A DNA stretch of 58,951 bases, taken from assembly GCA_028817905.1 (NCBI GenBank), contig JAPPOR010000007.1:3502-62452 (forward strand), written 5' to 3'. A model generated the notes under the pieces. That model did not search any database. It was not told where the DNA came from and saw only the letters and a program-made list of their open reading frames with translations. Shown here in pieces: positions 1-9,798 of the stretch; the first letter of the stretch is position 1; each line of letters opens with the position of its first letter. The position numbers and the translations under genes are program-made. Origin of the DNA: Myxococcales bacterium. GTDB lineage: Bacteria; Myxococcota_A; Polyangia; Polyangiales; JAFGIB01.

Positions 1-1965
1 TTCGTCGAGCAGGTGGAGTCCGTCGGCTACTTGCTCGGACCTGGATCGAACGATGGGTCGCCTGCCCTTTCGTCCGCCCGCGACGATCTGTTGATGCGCG
101 CCGGGGTCTGCACCGCCCTTGCACTCAATACGATGCTCTTTTCGGCGGCTATCTACCTCGGTCTAGAGGAAGGACCACTGCACCGCTTCCTGCGCTGGCT
201 CAACTTCGGCATCGCAGCCCTCGCGGTCACCATCGGTGGCCCCGTGTTCATCGCCTCTGCCTGGCAGGCCCTGCGACGCAAGGTCGTCCATCTCGACCTA
301 CCCATCGCGCTGGCGATTGTGCTGACGTTCGGCGCTTCGCTGTGGTCCTTTGCCACAGACAACCCGAGAGCCGCCTACCACGACACGCTGGCAGTCTTCA
401 TCGCGCTGATGCTCATCGGCCGCTACCTGCAGGAGCGTGTACTGGTGCTCAACAGAAGCCAGCTCCTGCGTGACGATGGCCTATCCGCCCTGATGGCTCG
501 GCGCATACGAGCCGGGTCCCTATCCCTCATTCGAGCGGCCGAGATCCGGGCCGGCGACATCTTGCTCGTTCCCCCGGGAGACCTTTTGCCAGTCGCCGGG
601 AAGCTACTCGACGGCTCCGCCAGTTGCTCACTCGACTGGATCAACGGCGAGAGTGAGCCCGTTTCGGTCGCTCGGGATGGCGACATGCCAGCCGGCGCCT
701 TCAACGTTGGCCTGCAAGCATTCCGGATGGAAGCCCAGGAGGACTTCGGCGTTTCCGCTTTGCGTGACCTTCTCGCGACCACCCACGACCCGACCTCCCG
801 GTCCGTGGCGGTGGTGCCGCCCCTGTTCGCGCCCTTGTATGTGGGCGGCGTGCTGTGCGCCGCGGTTGGGGGGCTGTGCTACTGGACCATGGGGGCCGGC
901 AACTTGCTGAAGGGCCTGGAGGTCGCGACGGCGGTCGCGGTGGTCTCCTGCCCGTGCGCTATTGGCATCGCGATCCCGCTGGCCCATGAACTTGCACATG
1001 CCGGCCTGCGCAGGCTTGGACTGTTTGTTCGAAGGTCTGACTTCCTCCATCGTTGTCGCGCCATCCGGCGCATCGCTTTCGACAAGACCGGAACGCTGAC
1101 CAATGGCCGGCTTCAGCTGCAGAACCCGGAGGCGCTAGCTGCCCTATCGGACCGTGATCGCGAAGCCCTGTTCGACATGACAGCGCGCTCGCTGCATCCA
1201 CACAGCCTGGCGGTTCGCTCGACCCTCGAGGTCCAACAACCCCGTTTCGATGGAAGCGCCCAGGTCGAAGAGCTCCCGGGGTGTGGGCTCTCCATGCGAC
1301 GTGGGTCCACCGAGTACAGGCTCGGCAATGGGCGCTGGCTTGGCGCTGAACCTGCTGCCGACCTGCATTTCACAAGGGACGGGGCCGTGATCGGACGCTT
1401 CGAGCTGGCCGAAGAGTTGCGGCACGATGCTACCGCGGAGCTTTCCCGGCTGCAGCGCCTTGGCTACGAGACGTGGATCCTGAGTGGCGATACCCCGAGA
1501 AGAGTCGGCGCCGCGGCGCTCAGGACCGGTGTGCCCGAAGAGCGCGCTCTGGGGGGCCTTTCCCCACAGGAAAAGGCACAATGGGTGCGCGACCACGACC
1601 GCCGCGACACCCTCGTCGTCGGCGACGGGATCAACGATGGGCTGGCGGTGCAGGCGGCCCATTGCTCCGGGACCCCCTCCATCGATCGCAGCTTCATGCC
1701 GGCCCGCACGGACTTCTACTTCGTCACGCCGGGGTTGTCCCCGATCACAACAGCGCTGCGGCTGGGTCATCGATTGGCCCACGTGATCCGTATGAACATT
1801 GCACTTGCGCTCACCTACAACGCCGCCGCGGTCGCACTCGCGCTGTCCGGCGTCATGCGGCCGTGGGTCGCCGCGGTGCTCATGCCCACGAGCTCGCTAG
1901 CAATCGTTCTTCTCACGACGGCGTCACTCTCGCACAGGAGTCGGTTTTGGAAGCGCTCATCTTGA
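1..1965 (+). CDS. ccoI: Heavy-metal (Cu) translocating P1B-type ATPase, CcoI/FixI; 5'-truncated by the window edge
   Basis: SCPC transmembrane motif, DKTGTLT phosphorylation site, GDGIND hinge and HP motif; frame open from base 1; directly upstream of ccoS-ccoNOQPG. Confidence 0.92.
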   Translation, partial: FVEQVESVGYLLGPGSNDGSPALSSARDDLLMRAGVCTALALNTMLFSAAIYLGLEEGPLHRFLRWLNFGIAALAVTIGGPVFIASAWQALRRKVVHLDLPIALAIVLTFGASLWSFATDNPRAAYHDTLAVFIALMLIGRYLQERVLVLNRSQLLRDDGLSALMARRIRAGSLSLIRAAEIRAGDILLVPPGDLLPVAGKLLDGSASCSLDWINGESEPVSVARDGDMPAGAFNVGLQAFRMEAQEDFGVSALRDLLATTHDPTSRSVAVVPPLFAPLYVGGVLCAAVGGLCYWTMGAGNLLKGLEVATAVAVVSCPCAIGIAIPLAHELAHAGLRRLGLFVRRSDFLHRCRAIRRIAFDKTGTLTNGRLQLQNPEALAALSDRDREALFDMTARSLHPHSLAVRSTLEVQQPRFDGSAQVEELPGCGLSMRRGSTEYRLGNGRWLGAEPAADLHFTRDGAVIGRFELAEELRHDATAELSRLQRLGYETWILSGDTPRRVGAAALRTGVPEERALGGLSPQEKAQWVRDHDRRDTLVVGDGINDGLAVQAAHCSGTPSIDRSFMPARTDFYFVTPGLSPITTALRLGHRLAHVIRMNIALALTYNAAAVALALSGVMRPWVAAVLMPTSSLAIVLLTTASLSHRSRFWKRSS

Positions 1966-2135
1966 CGGTCTTTATCAGCGTCGGCCTGGTTGCGGGCGCT
2001 GTTGTCTTTTTTGGATGGAACGTGAGGCAACGGTCCCACGAGCACGCAGAACGGCTTGCGCTCCTGCCCCTCGCTGAGGAGTCGCAGCAGACGGCGAGCA
2101 CCGAAACAATGGAAAGGAAGTGGAATGGAGACTAG
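1947..2135 (+). CDS. ccoS: cbb3-type oxidase maturation protein CcoS/FixS
   Basis: TTG start at 1947 after AGGAG (1936-1940); 62 aa MEALILTVFISVGLVAGAVVFFGW..HEHAERLALLPL with one TM helix; lies between ccoI and ccoN. Confidence 0.8.
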   Translation: MEALILTVFISVGLVAGAVVFFGWNVRQRSHEHAERLALLPLAEESQQTASTETMERKWNGD

Positions 2136-4443
2136 GAAGATCACCTACGACGACGAGGTCGTTCGCAGGTTCGTCTGGGCTTCAATGATTTTTGGCGTCG
2201 TTGGAATGCTCGTGGGGGCCATCGTGGCACTTCAGATGGCCTTCTGGCCGGCCAACGTGGGCCCCTATCTCACTTTTGGGAGGTTGCGGCCCCTGCACAC
2301 CAACGCCGTCATCTTTGCCTTTGTCGGCAACATGATGTTCGCGGGCGTGTACTACTCGACCCAGCGTCTACTCAAGCAACGGCTGGCGTATGACTTTCTC
2401 ACCAGCTTTCACTTCTGGGGCTGGCAGCTGATCATCGTCGCCGCCGCGATCTCCCTTCCCCTCGGGATTACCAGCGGCAAGGAATACGCGGAGCTGGAGT
2501 GGCCGATCGACCTGGCGATCGCCCTGGTCTGGATCGCTTTCGCCGTCAACTTCTTCGCAACCATGGCCAAACGCAACGAGAAGCACCTCTATGTGGCCCT
2601 GTGGTTCTACATCGCGACCATCGTCACCATTACCGTCCTGCACGTCGTCAACAGCCTGGCCATCCCGGTCAGCGCTTTCCATAGCTACTCGGTGTTCGCT
2701 GGCGTTCAGGATGCGCTCGTCCAGTGGTGGTATGGGCACAACGCGGTGGCTTTCTTCCTGACCACGCCGATTCTAGGCATCATGTACTACTTCCTGCCGA
2801 AGGCGGCCGACCGACCGGTATTCTCCTATCGCCTGTCGATCGTTCACTTCTGGGCTCTGGTCTTTCTGTACATCTGGGCGGGGCCACACCACCTGCTCAA
2901 CACGGCCCTTCCCCAGTGGGCCCAGACAGCCGGAATGGTTTTCAGCCTGATGCTGATCGCGCCGAGCTGGGGAGGCATGATCAACGGCCTGCTGACGCTG
3001 CGTGGCGCCTGGGACAAGCTCCGCACGGACCCCGTGCTGAAGTTCTTTGCGGCCGGCGTGACCTTCTACGGGATGGCGACGTTCGAGGGACCGCTGCTCA
3101 GCATCAAGGGAGTCAGCGGCCTGGCCCACTACACCGACTGGATCATCGCACACGTGCACGCCGGCGCCCTGGGCTGGAACGGCTTCATGGCCGCCGGGAT
3201 GTTCTACTGGATCATTCCGAAGCTCTACAACCGCAAGCTTCACTCGGTCGCAGCAGCCAACTTCCATTTCTATATCGGGACGATCGGCATCCTGCTCTAC
3301 GTCGCGTCCATGTGGACCTCGGGCATCACGCAGGGTCTGATGTGGCGCGCTGAAAACGAAGCTGGGGGGCTGATGTACCCGAACTTCGTAGAGACGCTGA
3401 TCGCCCTGCGCCCAATGTATTGGACCCGCCTGGTCGGCGGGAGTCTATTCCTGCTGGGATTCATCATTCAAGCATGGAACCTTGTCAAGACCGCGCGCGC
3501 GGGCCAAGCCACCAACGGAGTCGTCGAAGTCCCTGTGCTCGAACAGGTCGCAGACCGGGGAGCGACCAAGGGCCTGTTGCTCGGCCGACCGGTTGTCATC
3601 TCTATTGTCACGATTGCTCTGTTCATGAGCGTCGGCTGGCTTCACTCAGCCGCGAGTACCTACGTGATGGGACTTGCTGTGGCCCTGGGCCTGTTCGCTT
3701 CGGCATGGGCATTTCGGAGCCAACGGGACGGCAAACCCAACTGGCACCGCGCGCTCGAGGCCAGGGCCGTGCCCTTCACGCTGCTAACGATCGTAGCGAT
3801 CCTGATCGGCGGGGCGGCTGAGATCGTGCCGGTGGTGGTTGCCTCCAATGAGACAGCCAAGCACACCAAGAAGCACCCCTACACGGCACTTGAGATCGAA
3901 GGGCGAGACGTCTACATCCGGGAGGGCTGCTACAACTGCCATTCTCAAATGATACGCCCCTTCAGCTGGGAGACCGCCCGCTACGGGCCGGTCTCAACGG
4001 AGGAGGACTCGATCTTTGATCACCCGTTCCAGTGGGGGTCAAAGCGCACCGGACCGGACCTCGCACGGGTGGGGGGTCGCTACTCCCACGTCTGGCACTA
4101 CAAACACATGCTCGACCCCCGGGAGATCTCGCCCGGGTCCAACATGCCCGCCTACGGGCACCTGGTGGACGAGCGGATCGACTTCGGCGAGACGATCGAC
4201 AAGCTGCGGGCCATGCGGACCGTAGGGGTCCCGTACAAAGCCGAAACCATCGCGTCGGCCGAAAAGGATGCGTGGCTGGCCGCACGAGCGATCTCGAATG
4301 AGCTCAACGCAGAGGCGAACGTGAGCGTGGCCGCGAACAGTCGGCTGGTGGCACTGATCGCCTACCTCCAGCGCCTGGGTCGCGACCCCGTGACCCAACG
4401 TGCCGAGCCGCCAACGGTCGCGAGCAGCGCAGGAGGTCAGTAG
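2125..4443 (+). CDS. ccoN: Fused cbb3-type cytochrome c oxidase subunits I+II (CcoNO)
   Basis: GRLRPLHTN, QWWYGHNAV, WAGPHHL and HVH haem-copper ligands; C-terminal CcoO with EGCYNCHSQMIRP and WGSKRTGPDL; start moved to ATG 2125. Confidence 0.96.
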   Translation: METRKITYDDEVVRRFVWASMIFGVVGMLVGAIVALQMAFWPANVGPYLTFGRLRPLHTNAVIFAFVGNMMFAGVYYSTQRLLKQRLAYDFLTSFHFWGWQLIIVAAAISLPLGITSGKEYAELEWPIDLAIALVWIAFAVNFFATMAKRNEKHLYVALWFYIATIVTITVLHVVNSLAIPVSAFHSYSVFAGVQDALVQWWYGHNAVAFFLTTPILGIMYYFLPKAADRPVFSYRLSIVHFWALVFLYIWAGPHHLLNTALPQWAQTAGMVFSLMLIAPSWGGMINGLLTLRGAWDKLRTDPVLKFFAAGVTFYGMATFEGPLLSIKGVSGLAHYTDWIIAHVHAGALGWNGFMAAGMFYWIIPKLYNRKLHSVAAANFHFYIGTIGILLYVASMWTSGITQGLMWRAENEAGGLMYPNFVETLIALRPMYWTRLVGGSLFLLGFIIQAWNLVKTARAGQATNGVVEVPVLEQVADRGATKGLLLGRPVVISIVTIALFMSVGWLHSAASTYVMGLAVALGLFASAWAFRSQRDGKPNWHRALEARAVPFTLLTIVAILIGGAAEIVPVVVASNETAKHTKKHPYTALEIEGRDVYIREGCYNCHSQMIRPFSWETARYGPVSTEEDSIFDHPFQWGSKRTGPDLARVGGRYSHVWHYKHMLDPREISPGSNMPAYGHLVDERIDFGETIDKLRAMRTVGVPYKAETIASAEKDAWLAARAISNELNAEANVSVAANSRLVALIAYLQRLGRDPVTQRAEPPTVASSAGGQ

Positions 4444-4445
4444 TC

Positions 4446-4634
4446 ATGCTCAGCTGGATATCCACAGAATTCTTTGCACGCAGCCCCGTCCTGGTCTTCC
4501 CGCTCATCGCGCTCGGGATCTTCATGACGGTGTTCATCGCAGCCGCCGTCCGAGCGGCTCGCACAGATAGCGAAAGGTTGGACGAGTTGGCGCGGCTCCC
4601 GTTCGACGACAGTGAGGTAGGTAGTCATGACTGA
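4446..4634 (+). CDS. ccoQ: cbb3-type oxidase small subunit, CcoQ-like
   Basis: 62 aa, single TM helix followed by ARLPFDD; positioned between ccoNO and ccoP. Confidence 0.75.
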   Translation: MLSWISTEFFARSPVLVFPLIALGIFMTVFIAAAVRAARTDSERLDELARLPFDDSEVGSHD

Positions 4635-5190
4635 AGCAAAACGACGGGATGACATTCAGGGGGACATTCTCCACGAGTACGACGGCATCGAGGAGGCCGA
4701 CAACGCCTTGCCGAAGTGGTGGCTCGGCATCTTCTACGGAACGATGGCCTTCGGTATCGCCTACTGGTTCGTCTACCACGAGTACGCATGGGCTCCGACC
4801 CAGAACGACGTTCACGCAGCCCACGTGGCCAAGCTGATGGAGGAACGGGCGAAGCCGGCTACGGACGCACTGACCGACTTGGCCGGGGACACCGCAGCCG
4901 TGACCGCAGGAGCGGAGACCTTCAAGGTGAACTGCGTCGCCTGCCACGGCACCCAGGGTGAGGGCACAATCGGACCGAACTTGACCGATCGGTTCTGGAT
5001 CCATGGAGGTGGTGCCGCCAGCATCCACTCGCTGATCAGGGATGGCGTTGCAGCCAAGGGGATGCCCTCCTGGGGCGCGATCCTTGGGCCGAAGAAGGTC
5101 AGGGAAGTGACAGCCTTTGTGTTGAGCCTGCGCAACAGCAACGTGGAGGGCAAGGAGCCCCAGGGAAACGAATACCAAAGCGACAGCTAG
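4627..5190 (+). CDS. ccoP: cbb3-type oxidase subunit III (short, mono-haem CcoP)
   Basis: HEYDGIEEADNALPKWW N-terminal signature; single CVACH; GPNLTD, GMPSW. Confidence 0.93.
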   Translation: MTEAKRRDDIQGDILHEYDGIEEADNALPKWWLGIFYGTMAFGIAYWFVYHEYAWAPTQNDVHAAHVAKLMEERAKPATDALTDLAGDTAAVTAGAETFKVNCVACHGTQGEGTIGPNLTDRFWIHGGGAASIHSLIRDGVAAKGMPSWGAILGPKKVREVTAFVLSLRNSNVEGKEPQGNEYQSDS

Positions 5191-5205
5191 CCGGCCTCCC
5201 CATCC

Positions 5206-6600
5206 ATGTCGTCTGAGGATTCCCCACGGCCCGGAACGGGCGTCGTATATTTGAAGGCCAGCTCACTGCGTTCGGACGGGTCGCGCAACTATGTGCACCC
5301 AGCGGACGTCACGGGGCGCTTTCACTCCGTACGCAAGATGGCCTTCCTGGTTCTGCTGGTGTTGCTTGCGGGGCTGCCCTGGCTCGAGGTCAACGGCCAT
5401 CCCGCGGTGTTCCTGGATGTCGACGGGCGCCGCTTTTTCCTGTTCGGGCACACGTTCAATGCGCAGGACTTCTGGCTCGTCTTCTTTTTGCTCAGCGGCA
5501 TCGGCTACGCGCTAATCGTGGTGACTGCCCTGTGGGGACGGGTCTGGTGCGGCTACGCCTGCCCGCAGACCGTGTTTCTCGAGGGGCTGTTTCGACCTAT
5601 CGAGCGTCTGATCGACGGCTCTCGAAACGCTCGCCTACGCCGGCGCAAGCAGGGCTTGGGGTGGTCGCGGATTTGGCGCTTCGCGCTCAAGCACACCATC
5701 TATCTGCTGCTCGCCTTCTTGGTTTCCCACATTGTGGTCTCGTATTTCGTCTCGATACCGGCGTTGTACGAGATGGTCCTTTCCGACCCCTCCGAGCACC
5801 CGGAAGCGTTCGTCTGGGCCACCGCGTTGACGGGACTGCTGTACCTCGATTTCGCGTGGTTTCGAGAGCAGCTATGCCTGATCGTATGTCCCTACGGTCG
5901 CCTGCAGTCGGTCCTGACCGACCGGGACACGTTGGTGATCGGATACGACCGCAAACGCGGGGAACCTCGCGGCAAGGTTCGGCAGAGCGGTGCGGGTGCG
6001 TGTGTTGACTGCAAGCGTTGTGTGGCGGTCTGTCCGACCGGCATCGACATCCGAAACGGTCTGCAACTCGACTGCATCGGATGCGCTCGGTGCGTGGACG
6101 CGTGTGACGAGGTGATGGGCCGGCTCGGGCGAGCCCCGGGCCTGGTTCGCTACGACTCCCTCAAGGGGCTTCTTGGGCGACGGAGACGCGTTCTACGCCC
6201 GCGGCTCTACCTATACACAGCGTTCGGCCTGGTGGGCCTGGGTGCGCTAGGGATCGCCATGCTGCACTCACGACCCTACGAAGCGAACCTCTTGCGCCTG
6301 CGGGACCTGCCGTACGTGGTGGAGGGAGACTCGGTGCGCAACGCCTTCGAGCTGCACCTAGTCAACAAGCGCGCGGGTCAGTCCGAGTTTTCCATCGAGG
6401 GTGCTGGCGGCGCCGAGCTTCACTATGCCATTGCGCTGCCGCGGGTCGCTCTAGACCCCTTGCAGAGTCAGCGCATCCCGATCTTCGTCAGCTATCCCAG
6501 GCGCATCGCATCGAACAAGCGCGTGGCGAGCCTGCGCATCATCGTCGATGGCGAAGAGCCCCGCACGCTAACGGTACCGCTTACGGGACCCGACAGTTGA
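5206..6600 (+). CDS. ccoG: Cytochrome c oxidase accessory protein CcoG/FixG (4Fe-4S)
   Basis: GRVWCGYACPQT, CLIVCPYGR, CVDCKRCVAVCPTGIDIR and CIGCARCVDAC; C-terminal Ig-like region. Confidence 0.95.
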   Translation: MSSEDSPRPGTGVVYLKASSLRSDGSRNYVHPADVTGRFHSVRKMAFLVLLVLLAGLPWLEVNGHPAVFLDVDGRRFFLFGHTFNAQDFWLVFFLLSGIGYALIVVTALWGRVWCGYACPQTVFLEGLFRPIERLIDGSRNARLRRRKQGLGWSRIWRFALKHTIYLLLAFLVSHIVVSYFVSIPALYEMVLSDPSEHPEAFVWATALTGLLYLDFAWFREQLCLIVCPYGRLQSVLTDRDTLVIGYDRKRGEPRGKVRQSGAGACVDCKRCVAVCPTGIDIRNGLQLDCIGCARCVDACDEVMGRLGRAPGLVRYDSLKGLLGRRRRVLRPRLYLYTAFGLVGLGALGIAMLHSRPYEANLLRLRDLPYVVEGDSVRNAFELHLVNKRAGQSEFSIEGAGGAELHYAIALPRVALDPLQSQRIPIFVSYPRRIASNKRVASLRIIVDGEEPRTLTVPLTGPDS

Positions 6601-6651
6601 TGTCCACGTCGCCGAGGCACGCGATCAGCATGCGATGAGCCCCGCGCTCGC

Positions 6652-8205
6652 TCAAAACACGGGGTCGCCACCCGCCCCACCCGCCATGCCGTGCTCGGCA
6701 GCGTGTATGAGGCGCTCTTCAGGCTCGCGGGCCAGCGGATCTTCGCGCAAGTAGTCGAGCAGGCGTGTGCGGCCTTGTCGATCGAGCTGTCGGGCTTCGG
6801 GTGGCGGCATCACGCCCGGCGCCCCGGCGGGCAGCTCGATCCGCTCGATCGCCCGCTCGATCGCCTTCGCGTCGCGGCCCCACAGGTTGACGTTGAAGCG
6901 GGCGCGGGAAAGCGACTGGTCGAGCACATCGTTGTGGCAACTGCCACATCCCTGGATCAGCGTGTCCACCGCGTCCGCCTCGGGTTCGGTCTGCAACCCG
7001 ATACGGGCGCGTACCATCGGATCATCGGGAAAGACGTCAGCCAGGTCAGGAAGCTCGTCGGCGCTCAGGTCACCCGCGCGATAACGGGCGTAGGCTTCGG
7101 TTAGACGCGCCTGCTTGTCGAGGTCAGTCGCGCGTGGCTCAAGGAAAGGCAGGGCCAGCTGTTCGCCGCGCTTGAAGGCGGCATAGGCGGCCTCCCACGT
7201 GGGACTGGGGCCGGGCTCGTTGGGGAAGCCGCCTTCCGGGTGGTAGGGCCAGCGCTCGGTCTCGATCTTGGGAGCGTCGAAGAACACAGGCTGGTCGATA
7301 CCGACGGTGGCTTCAAGGAAGAAGGGCGCGCTATCCACAAGCGCTTCCATGGAGAACCCTCCGTAGCGCTCGTCACCCTTGGCGGCGACATAGTCCATCA
7401 TCAGATCACTACCCAGCACCCCTGGACCAATGTCCCTGCGCCGAACGTCGGGCAGGATGGGCTGAAAGAAGTGTGTCCAGGGATTGTTGAGCTCGCGCAT
7501 CAGAAGTCTCGGTCGTGACCGTCCGCGCTGATGACACTGCCGACAATCATCCGGCGTATTCTTCAAGTCCTCGTCATCCTCGATCGTCCACGAGAGCCAA
7601 TCGCGTTCGACGGCAGGTGTGTACAGGTCTCCCGGCGAGCACCCATCGGGGTCCGCGTTGCATGCTTGCTCAAAGCGGATCAGGTAGAAGTTGAACGAGT
7701 CGGCCTGCTTGAACGACGACGCGATCAGCTCCACCTTCTGGACGCCCCGCTGGTAGGCCGCCATGACGGGACCGACGAAGATCACGCGAGGGTTGATCGG
7801 CGATACCCCGTGGCCCGACAGGGCGGTTGAATGACCTGAGACCGCCACGTTTGTATTGGTAGGGGCCCCCACCGTGGCTGGCAACTGAAAGCCGAGTGCA
7901 TCCTGCAGGTCCTGCAGTCCGCTGACCAGAGGCGGCGTCTGCGCACAAAACACCGCGCGCACCGCATCGTCCCGGTCGCGCTCGCACAGTGCAGGTTTCC
8001 CATCCTCAGAGACCATCTCCGCATCCGGAACGTCTCTTGCCCCGCCGTCCGTGGCGCCCCGGGCCATCGTCTCCGTGCCCTCCGAACCCCCGCCGCACGC
8101 CGCAACAGCCATCGAGAGCGCGAGCGTCATCCGCAGTGAACGGCCGTCTATGCCATACCGCCCGCTGCTACGTTGCCCCTTCCTGTGCGACCGCGAGTCC
8201 GACAT
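6652..8205 (-). CDS. Hypothetical lipoprotein with two CxxCH haem c motifs
   Basis: Long ORF; GGAGG before ATG at 8205; lipobox-like AVAAC; CRQCH and CGSCH, with a downstream MPP as a possible distal Met ligand. Confidence 0.75.
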   Translation of the reverse strand: MSDSRSHRKGQRSSGRYGIDGRSLRMTLALSMAVAACGGGSEGTETMARGATDGGARDVPDAEMVSEDGKPALCERDRDDAVRAVFCAQTPPLVSGLQDLQDALGFQLPATVGAPTNTNVAVSGHSTALSGHGVSPINPRVIFVGPVMAAYQRGVQKVELIASSFKQADSFNFYLIRFEQACNADPDGCSPGDLYTPAVERDWLSWTIEDDEDLKNTPDDCRQCHQRGRSRPRLLMRELNNPWTHFFQPILPDVRRRDIGPGVLGSDLMMDYVAAKGDERYGGFSMEALVDSAPFFLEATVGIDQPVFFDAPKIETERWPYHPEGGFPNEPGPSPTWEAAYAAFKRGEQLALPFLEPRATDLDKQARLTEAYARYRAGDLSADELPDLADVFPDDPMVRARIGLQTEPEADAVDTLIQGCGSCHNDVLDQSLSRARFNVNLWGRDAKAIERAIERIELPAGAPGVMPPPEARQLDRQGRTRLLDYLREDPLAREPEERLIHAAEHGMAGGAGGDPVF

Positions 8206-8378
8206 CGCCACCTCCACCCCCATGCGGGGCTACCTGGTTCAGTGCTACCGCCGTACAGGGCAAGACACAAACGCGGATTTCTTAGCCCCACCCAAGCGCT
8301 GCTTCAGACGGGCCGGGCGTCCAACCAGATCGAGGTGAATACGGTTGCACAGTCGGGGTGGCGCCCCTGGGAAGCGCT

Positions 8379-9665
8379 CTATCGTCGTTTGCGCCAGCGA
8401 CGTTTGCGCGCCTCCTCGGGCGAGACGATGCGGTAGCCGTCCCACACCATGGGACGTCCGATGACGTGGGAACCGAAGTGTTCGAGTGGGTCGATGGTCT
8501 CGGCGTGGGCGCGAAACTCAAAATGCAGATGCGGGGCAGAGCGCTTCATGCCGGTGCGCCCTACGGTGCCTATGGTCTTGCCCCCGCGTACCAGGTCGCC
8601 GCGTTGGACCAGCACGGTCTCCAGATGCATGTAGCAGCTGCGCAGGGTCTCGTGCGTGGTGCTATCGTGCGCCAAGCAGATGTAGCGACCACCGCGGCCG
8701 AGCTCGGCGCGCGGGTAGCTGTTGATCTCTGCCACCGACAGGATGACGTTGTGGCGCTGACCGGGCAGGTCAACGCCGGAGAACACAACCCTGCCATCGG
8801 CCACGGCGCGCACCGGCTCCCCGAACTCAGACTCAATGTCGATGCCTCGGTGGCTGCGCTTGCCGCCGTCCCGTTCACTGCCGAGACCGCTGCTGACGAC
8901 GCGTGGAGCTCCATCGAGCGGCGCATGGAGCGAAACACCCAGGGCTGAAACGGGCGCAGGGGGCGTCCGCGCACCGTAGTACTCGAGCAGGCGGCGGCGA
9001 TCGGTAAGAATACGGTCCTCGGCGCGTGCACTCGGCACCTTGTCCCCCCAGACCCAGTGGGAGACATGGTGCCGGTGCGACTCCTGCGGAAAGAACGCGT
9101 GCACCGTGGCCGCCTGGTCGCGCCACGCCCGCAGCAGGCCAGCCGCCAGATACAGGTGGGACTCTGCCCGCATCAGGTTGCCGCGCACGAAGGCAAAGCG
9201 CGGAAAGGCCAACTCCCGCTCGCTCCACCGGCCTTCCTCGTGAACCCGGTAGCGATAGACGCGGCGGCGGAAGCGCGACCGGTACATCTCAGGAACCAGC
9301 AGGGTGAGGCCGATCCCACTGAGGTCCTCCTTGGTCGCTCGGCAGCGGCTCTGGCGATAGATCATGGCCGCGAGCACGAATGGGTCCACCTCAAACTCGG
9401 AAGCGGCGCCCAGTGTCCAGTCGGCATAGTTCCGTTCCAGCCCTGGACGCATCCAACCACAGAGCGTTCGGATCGCCTTGCCGAAGCGGGCCGGGTCGAT
9501 GTCCGTTGGCGTCCCCGGCTCAGGAGGCCAGTCCTCCGGGGAGACCCGGGCCGCAGCCAGTTTGTTGTGAAAGACCCCGGACCGCTTGCGAGCTCTCCAG
9601 GGGGGTCGGTCGGCTGCCATACAAAGCACACCGAGCACGAGTAACCACACCACGCCTGCGCGCAT
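8379..9665 (-). CDS. Secreted M23 metallopeptidase with an N-terminal lytic-transglycosylase-like segment
   Basis: HRGID (HxxxD) and HLHFE (HxH) M23 zinc motifs; VDPFVLAAMIYRQS resembles the SLT helix; hydrophobic N-terminus. Start uncertain. Confidence 0.85.
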   Translation of the reverse strand: MRAGVVWLLVLGVLCMAADRPPWRARKRSGVFHNKLAAARVSPEDWPPEPGTPTDIDPARFGKAIRTLCGWMRPGLERNYADWTLGAASEFEVDPFVLAAMIYRQSRCRATKEDLSGIGLTLLVPEMYRSRFRRRVYRYRVHEEGRWSERELAFPRFAFVRGNLMRAESHLYLAAGLLRAWRDQAATVHAFFPQESHRHHVSHWVWGDKVPSARAEDRILTDRRRLLEYYGARTPPAPVSALGVSLHAPLDGAPRVVSSGLGSERDGGKRSHRGIDIESEFGEPVRAVADGRVVFSGVDLPGQRHNVILSVAEINSYPRAELGRGGRYICLAHDSTTHETLRSCYMHLETVLVQRGDLVRGGKTIGTVGRTGMKRSAPHLHFEFRAHAETIDPLEHFGSHVIGRPMVWDGYRIVSPEEARKRRWRKRR

Positions 9666-9798
9666 ATGCCAGGATTTCCCATCCCTCATCGGCTCGTCAA
9701 GTCTGCCCGCCATGACAAACCAGGATTTTTTGCTATGAATGTCGTAGGTTACCGGCTGACAGGCTGTGAGCCCGCGACCGTGACCAGCGCGATCTAGC

